From Proteromonas lacertae (Eukaryota): a DNA stretch of 58,563 nt. Below, in pieces: positions 53,065-58,563 of this stretch. Location of the stretch: NCBI GenBank assembly GCA_002245135.1, contig NGBS01000592.1, positions 124,001 through 182,563 of the forward strand. Reading direction: 5' to 3'. The stretch's first letter is position 1. Each line of letters opens with the position of its first letter. Under the pieces are notes generated by a model. That model ran no database searches, was not told the origin of the DNA, and saw only the letters and a program-made list of their open reading frames with translations. A program made the translations under genes and the position numbers.

Positions 53065-54032
53065 TCATTTGTATAAAGGATCATAGTGAGAAGGTCTATA
53101 CAAAAGTGAAAATATTTGTTCTTTTCCATCTTCACTATCGGGAAAATCGTAATGATGTAAAGTTTTATCTTTTGACTGGTCTAAATACTCTATTCTAATT
53201 TTTACATTGAATATAATAGGTAATAATAATATAGACATTTCATCACTCTCCTATTGTAATTATATAGAAAAATTTAGTTTAAAATACTGTGTTCATTACT
53301 TCAATTACTTTCTTTCTATAATCTTCCACAGTCACTATATTAACAATAATATAAACAATATATACTATTAGCAGTAATTGCTATTCTTTCTTCATATTCT
53401 TTAGAATTTTCATTTAAATATGCTGAAATTATTAACCTCATAAAATAAACTATTGAAGTGTCATATTCTTCATATTTCATTGTAATAATATCAAAACTGT
53501 TTTCTGATCTTAATCTACTAATAATGTCTTCAAAATCTGATAAAAAATCTGCAAATATAAAACTAGAAAAAACATAAAAATATAATTGAATTAATATACT
53601 CTTTTAATCCCATTTCTATTAGTTGTTCTTGTGTATGAGATATTAATTTTTTAAGATTCTCTATTAATGAATCATCTTTTTTCTCATGGTATTTATTAAA
53701 TGCACATTCAAGATAAGAATAAATAAATGATCTTATATAACAATTACCATCAGGTTTACTTTTTCGATATGAAGAGTATATTTCAACTAATTTCTAAATA
53801 TCATATTCATAACATTCCAATACATCAATTAGAGGAATAAATCCGGAATCAGATGCAAATTCAGAATATAAATGTTCTAACTCATTTTATATATGTTTTT
53901 ATACTGATAGGAAGTTTTTCTGTAAATACTTCTGAATCTGAGTTTATGGAATCTACGACACCATCCATTTGCTTAACTATTTCTTCATCCGTAGGATCTA
54001 GTCACATCATTAATATATTTTATACACTCCAT
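53065..54032 (-). CDS. OTUB1: Otubain (peptidase C65) deubiquitinase
   Basis: Missed by the ORF track because of many introns; spliced translation gives YSSYRKSKPDGNCIYRSFIYSYLE and C-terminal LLYRPSHYDPLYK*, containing the catalytic Cys and His motifs. Confidence 0.92.
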
Positions 54033-54157
54033 ATTTTAGCAGAAAAGAATTTTAAAAATGATGAATCTTCAAGATTCCAAACTTTTCGCAACCCCGATTT
54101 CAAAAAAATAAAAATAATTAATTAATGATATGTCTATATGAATATTTATAGTTACAT

Positions 54158-57100
54158 TTAGTCTTGTACATTTCCTTCCGATCCAGAACTGGAATAAGAT
54201 CCAGATTCAGAACCTGTGTCAGATCCTGTCTCTGAGCCAGTTTCAGAAGCAGATCTAGAATGAGAAGCAGATCCTGAATTTGGTGGTGATTTATTAACTT
54301 GTTTAACATTTTCTTCTTCTGCTTGATCTGGAACTGATAGAGAAGGATTTACATCTATTGGATCTGAAATACCTTCTTTAAACTCCTCTTTTTGCTGTTC
54401 AGGCAAATCTTGTGGATTTACTTCTTCTTCTTCTTGCTTTTCCTCTGGTTTAGGTATATCAGGATGATCTTCCTCTTTTCTAAAGCAGGCGGTGTAGGTT
54501 CAGTATTCTCTTCTCCTTCTTTCTTCATTTCTTCATTTCCTTCTTTTTTACTATCATTATCATCTCCCTTTTTACTATTTTCTTCACTATCTGGTGAAAA
54601 CTTTGGCATTTTTCTTACAATTGCAGAATCACTCTCAGCATGTGGCATATCAAAGATATAACTCTTTCCTTTCACTAAAGAAGCAGCAGGAGATGCTTCT
54701 TCATCCACACTATCACTTTCAATAATGTCAACATCTAATGAGATTGGATTATCAGCCATACTATTCTCTCTTTTATATCTTGCTACAAATGGTTCACTCT
54801 GAGGCTTCTGTAAACTACCTAATGACCTTCTTTCATTTGGTCTTCCTTCACTATCAGCAAACTTTCTAAAACCAGGTAAACTACCTCTACTTATCTTTGT
54901 AGTGGATGAATTTCCACCATCCATACTAAATCCATCAACTGATTCTGTGTCAGTGTAAACAAACACATCTTGGCTGACATTGATTGTAGATGATATTTCA
55001 CTTCTACACCATAATAATAAGCTTCAGTTGGATTAACAAATCCTTCTTCACCAATAATACTGACTTGAGCCATTGCAAATTCAGGTGTTGATTCATATGG
55101 TGCATAGAATGGTTTGATATAAGGCAGTACTGGTTTTTCACCCCAAGGTGGAACTACTATTTCATCTTCAGCTTGATCTGGGCTTGTGTAGAAATGCTGT
55201 TCTAAGAGATTGTATAATCTAATATATTGATCATATAACTCAATTGTTGTGATTTTTAAATATTTCAACTATTCAAATAATAATAAATACATATATATAT
55301 ATATATACTTTACTAAATATATCTCCTTCACTAATTTCTTTGTATGTAATATATGGATAAACAGGAGGATTAATCACATATCCAGTGTCATTCATAAAGA
55401 ATGATTCATATTCATATCTATAAGGATTATTCCTTGCCATTCTATTATGATATTTATATAATGTTGTTGATGCTTGAACAAGTGGTAAAAATATCTTATC
55501 AGGTTCAATTGGACATTTCAATAAATTTTAATTCCATATATCCAATCTTTTGATCATAATCACAAAACACCAATTTTAACATTTTCTTTTTTGATTTCTT
55601 TTGTGTATGAATCTCAGTATTCCATAAAAATACTTTATTTAAAGGTCTTACTGATTTAGAATCCATCAAATAAAAACAATAACTTTCAGCTAATGAATTT
55701 ATATTTATACCACTGTTGTAATTCACTTTTGGATCATCAAATTTGTTAATGTAATGAAATAATCTTTCTTAGAAGAACCAAATTTACCTGTTGACTTTGC
55801 ATGATTAAGATCTTCTTGGAATGTCAATTGGAATTGAGCTGATTTGGATGTTGCTGGCTGAATCTTGTCATTTGGCGGTTGACTACCATATGTTAATCTG
55901 TCAGCTAATATTTGAATAACTCTTGTAACTACATCTGGATCAGGTGCAATTCTTTAAAATTAATAATAAATCAGAATTCTTTAAATAATGTTCAATAAAT
56001 GGATTTATATCACTATAATAATAATAATAATATAAATATAACTATACCCTTGTATTCTTACAATATTACAAATTATTTGATGTGCTAATGACGAAATAGG
56101 TAATTCCAAATGTAATAAATTGATGATTATACTGACAAAATTGTCAAAATTATGATATATCTTTAACAAATTCCATGAATCGATTGTTAGTAGATTCAAT
56201 ATACTTAGGATAATTGTACAACATTCTACTTCTTCATCACTTCTTATTTCCTTATTGAAATAATTATTGAAATACTCTAAGATTGATTTGGTTATATTTG
56301 GATAATCCTCCACTATCATAACATCAACAGTTTCTCGTTTTAAACAATTGTAAAGTATTGTCAATATTCTTTTACTGTGCTATATTTAATAAATATAATT
56401 AATAAATATATACCACTATATCTATCGTAGAAATTGAACTATAAATTGGTTCTAAAGTCTTTAGTATATTTGCCTGCATAAACAACTGTATATGATATGG
56501 TGTATTAATTAATCTAGAAAATAGTCTAATATAACCTCCAAGAGATCTACTCTTATGACTTATTAAACAAATATTAAAATTATTAATCAAATTCGTAGAC
56601 TATACATTCATCATCAATCAACATAAACACAATTGTTAGCTTTTCATCAGCTTCTAATATTTCATCTAATATACTACATAATAACACTGTTAAATCTTCA
56701 TTCATATTTTCACAATGTGATAAATATGATGCAATATCTTCAAAACAAAAACTACGACAGTATTCAGGGAAGTGCTTTGGTCTATCTTTCTTAAATGCAG
56801 TACAAACTGAATTGATTAAATCTGCAATTTCTATTCTTATATTATCTTCTAAAATATTGAATTTTTCATCATTATTCACTAAAGCACCTATTAGATATTG
56901 GAATGGTGATAATTTATCTTTTTTATTGATTCTATTAATAACTTTACACTTTTGATTAGATGTTTTGTGTGTTGAATGAATTTAGTCTGGCTGTTTCGTT
57001 GGAACTTGTTGGAGATTTTAACTCCATTTCTGTTGATACTTTTAATAAATTCATCATCTTTTTCATGTTCTTCTTCTTTTGGTTTTTCTTCTTTATCCCC

Positions 57101-58563
57101 TTCTTCTTTAACTTCTTCTTCTTCTTTTGGCTTTTCTTCTTTTTCCTCTTCTTTTTCTTTTCTCTCCTCTTTTCTTTTTTTCTCCATCTTCTTCCTTCTT
57201 TTCTTCTTCTTCCTTAGCTTCTTCACCTTCTTTCTTTTCTCCTTCTTCCTCTTTAGGTTTTTCTTCCTTCCGATTTATTTTCCTCTTTTGATCTTGATGT
57301 TCCATTCTCTTCTTTCTCTTCTTCAATATTAGACAACACAGGTTTAGGCAATTGAATCTCATTACTCTCATTATTGTCACTGTCAGAATTCTCATCCTCT
57401 GGAATTGTCTCTGACACACTGTACTTCATCATAATTCTCTCTTCAATTGTTGTACCAATATCTAAATCAACATCGTTACCTAATTTATCTATAAATCTTT
57501 AGCACTTTCTGATAACATTGATGAATTATTTAATGTAGGATGATATGTCTTTTTCTCTTTACTTCTATTGAAATAACCTTTTCTTGCTCTTCTAACATTG
57601 ATGTGATTAACTCGATTTTATCTATTAATATTGTATATTTATCTTTCACTATTTTTTCTTTTAACATTGACATTATTCGTAATATAATACAATGTAATAG
57701 TTTATGAGGAACTGTACAATCAATTAATTCGATTAAATACTTTATATTACATCCTATTAATTGTTTGGTTAAGAATATTCTTCGAATATATTCTGATAAG
57801 AGATTTCTATGTTCAATACATGTTGTTTGGAGAGAATCATAAAATGAATTTATAACTATTTAAAAAAACATATAATAATATATATTTATACTGCCATGTT
57901 TCATTATTGATTGAGGAATATTATATTGAACTGTTAATAGTTTATTCTGTTGTTTAAACTCTTCAGCACCAATATAATCAGGACATACTGTATCATAATA
58001 CTTCACAATTAGAGAGAATAACTTACCAAATCTTATATAGATATTAGGTAATAATTTCTTTGGGATTACATCTGGTTTTAATTTATCTAATATTTCGAAA
58101 TATGGTTCAATTTCTTTCTCACCTAATACATCACCACATTTAGTTTCTTGCTCAAATAAATCAGATAATAGTTTGGGTAATTCATAACAGAATATTGGAA
58201 CATTAAATGCATCACATTGTACAATAAATGGTTTTAATTTCAATGATGGTAAATACTATTCATAAATACATAATTATATAATATAATAAATACATCTTCG
58301 TGATCAATATAAACATTCATTGCATCTATTAATATAGATAAAAGTGCATGATGTAAAGCATAAATAGCATCCTGAGAAACTTTACCATTTTGAATTGAAT
58401 ACTATTTAAAATAATAATATACTAATTATATACATAATCACTTGTTTCTTCTTCAAATTTTATACCACACTCTTCACAATAATCACATCGATCATTATCA
58501 AAATGATTATAACATAATGGACAGAACAATGGATTATCTTCATACACAGAGTTATATATATTT
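54158..58563 (-). CDS. Large unknown protein (helical regions, E/K-rich and S-rich tracts); 5' end outside window; many apparent frameshifts
   Basis: Continuous chain of minus-strand ORFs linked by short introns or single-base frame changes; could be more than one gene. Confidence 0.6.

Overview
Very AT-rich, gene-dense eukaryotic nuclear DNA. The introns I traced are tiny (about 22-45 nt, many 28-32 nt, mostly GTAT...TAG) and intergenic gaps are often under 150 bp. This architecture resembles Blastocystis/Proteromonas-type stramenopiles, but the taxon is an inference. About 22 genes or pseudogenes are supported: MUS81 (partial), IMPDH, LRRC49, XRCC4-like, an MBOAT lysophospholipid acyltransferase, MCM3, a soluble HMG-CoA reductase, ALDH3, two inverted paralogues of a RING/IBR + MYCBP2-type RING-Cys-relay (RCR) E3 ligase, two inverted disabled pseudokinase-LRR copies, SETD9-like, CTR9, a giant kinase with a pseudo-DUSP domain, a two-repeat cyclic-nucleotide-domain K+ channel, AP-2 mu plus a 5' pseudogene fragment, otubain and several unknown proteins. 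The leads most worth following are: (1) the RCR ligase pair, almost identical except around the catalytic/substrate pocket; (2) an unannotated two-hairpin RNA with box C/D motifs at 4172-4307; (3) a CpG-rich motif present twice, once inside 40-bp inverted repeats, at 14.2-14.8 kb; (4) a recurrent WAACGR motif close to start codons; (5) a beta-domain insertion in CTR9; (6) patchy single-base frameshifts in conserved genes, most likely assembly error. No rRNA, tRNA or CRISPR array was seen. All homology calls come from motif recognition by eye; no database search was run.
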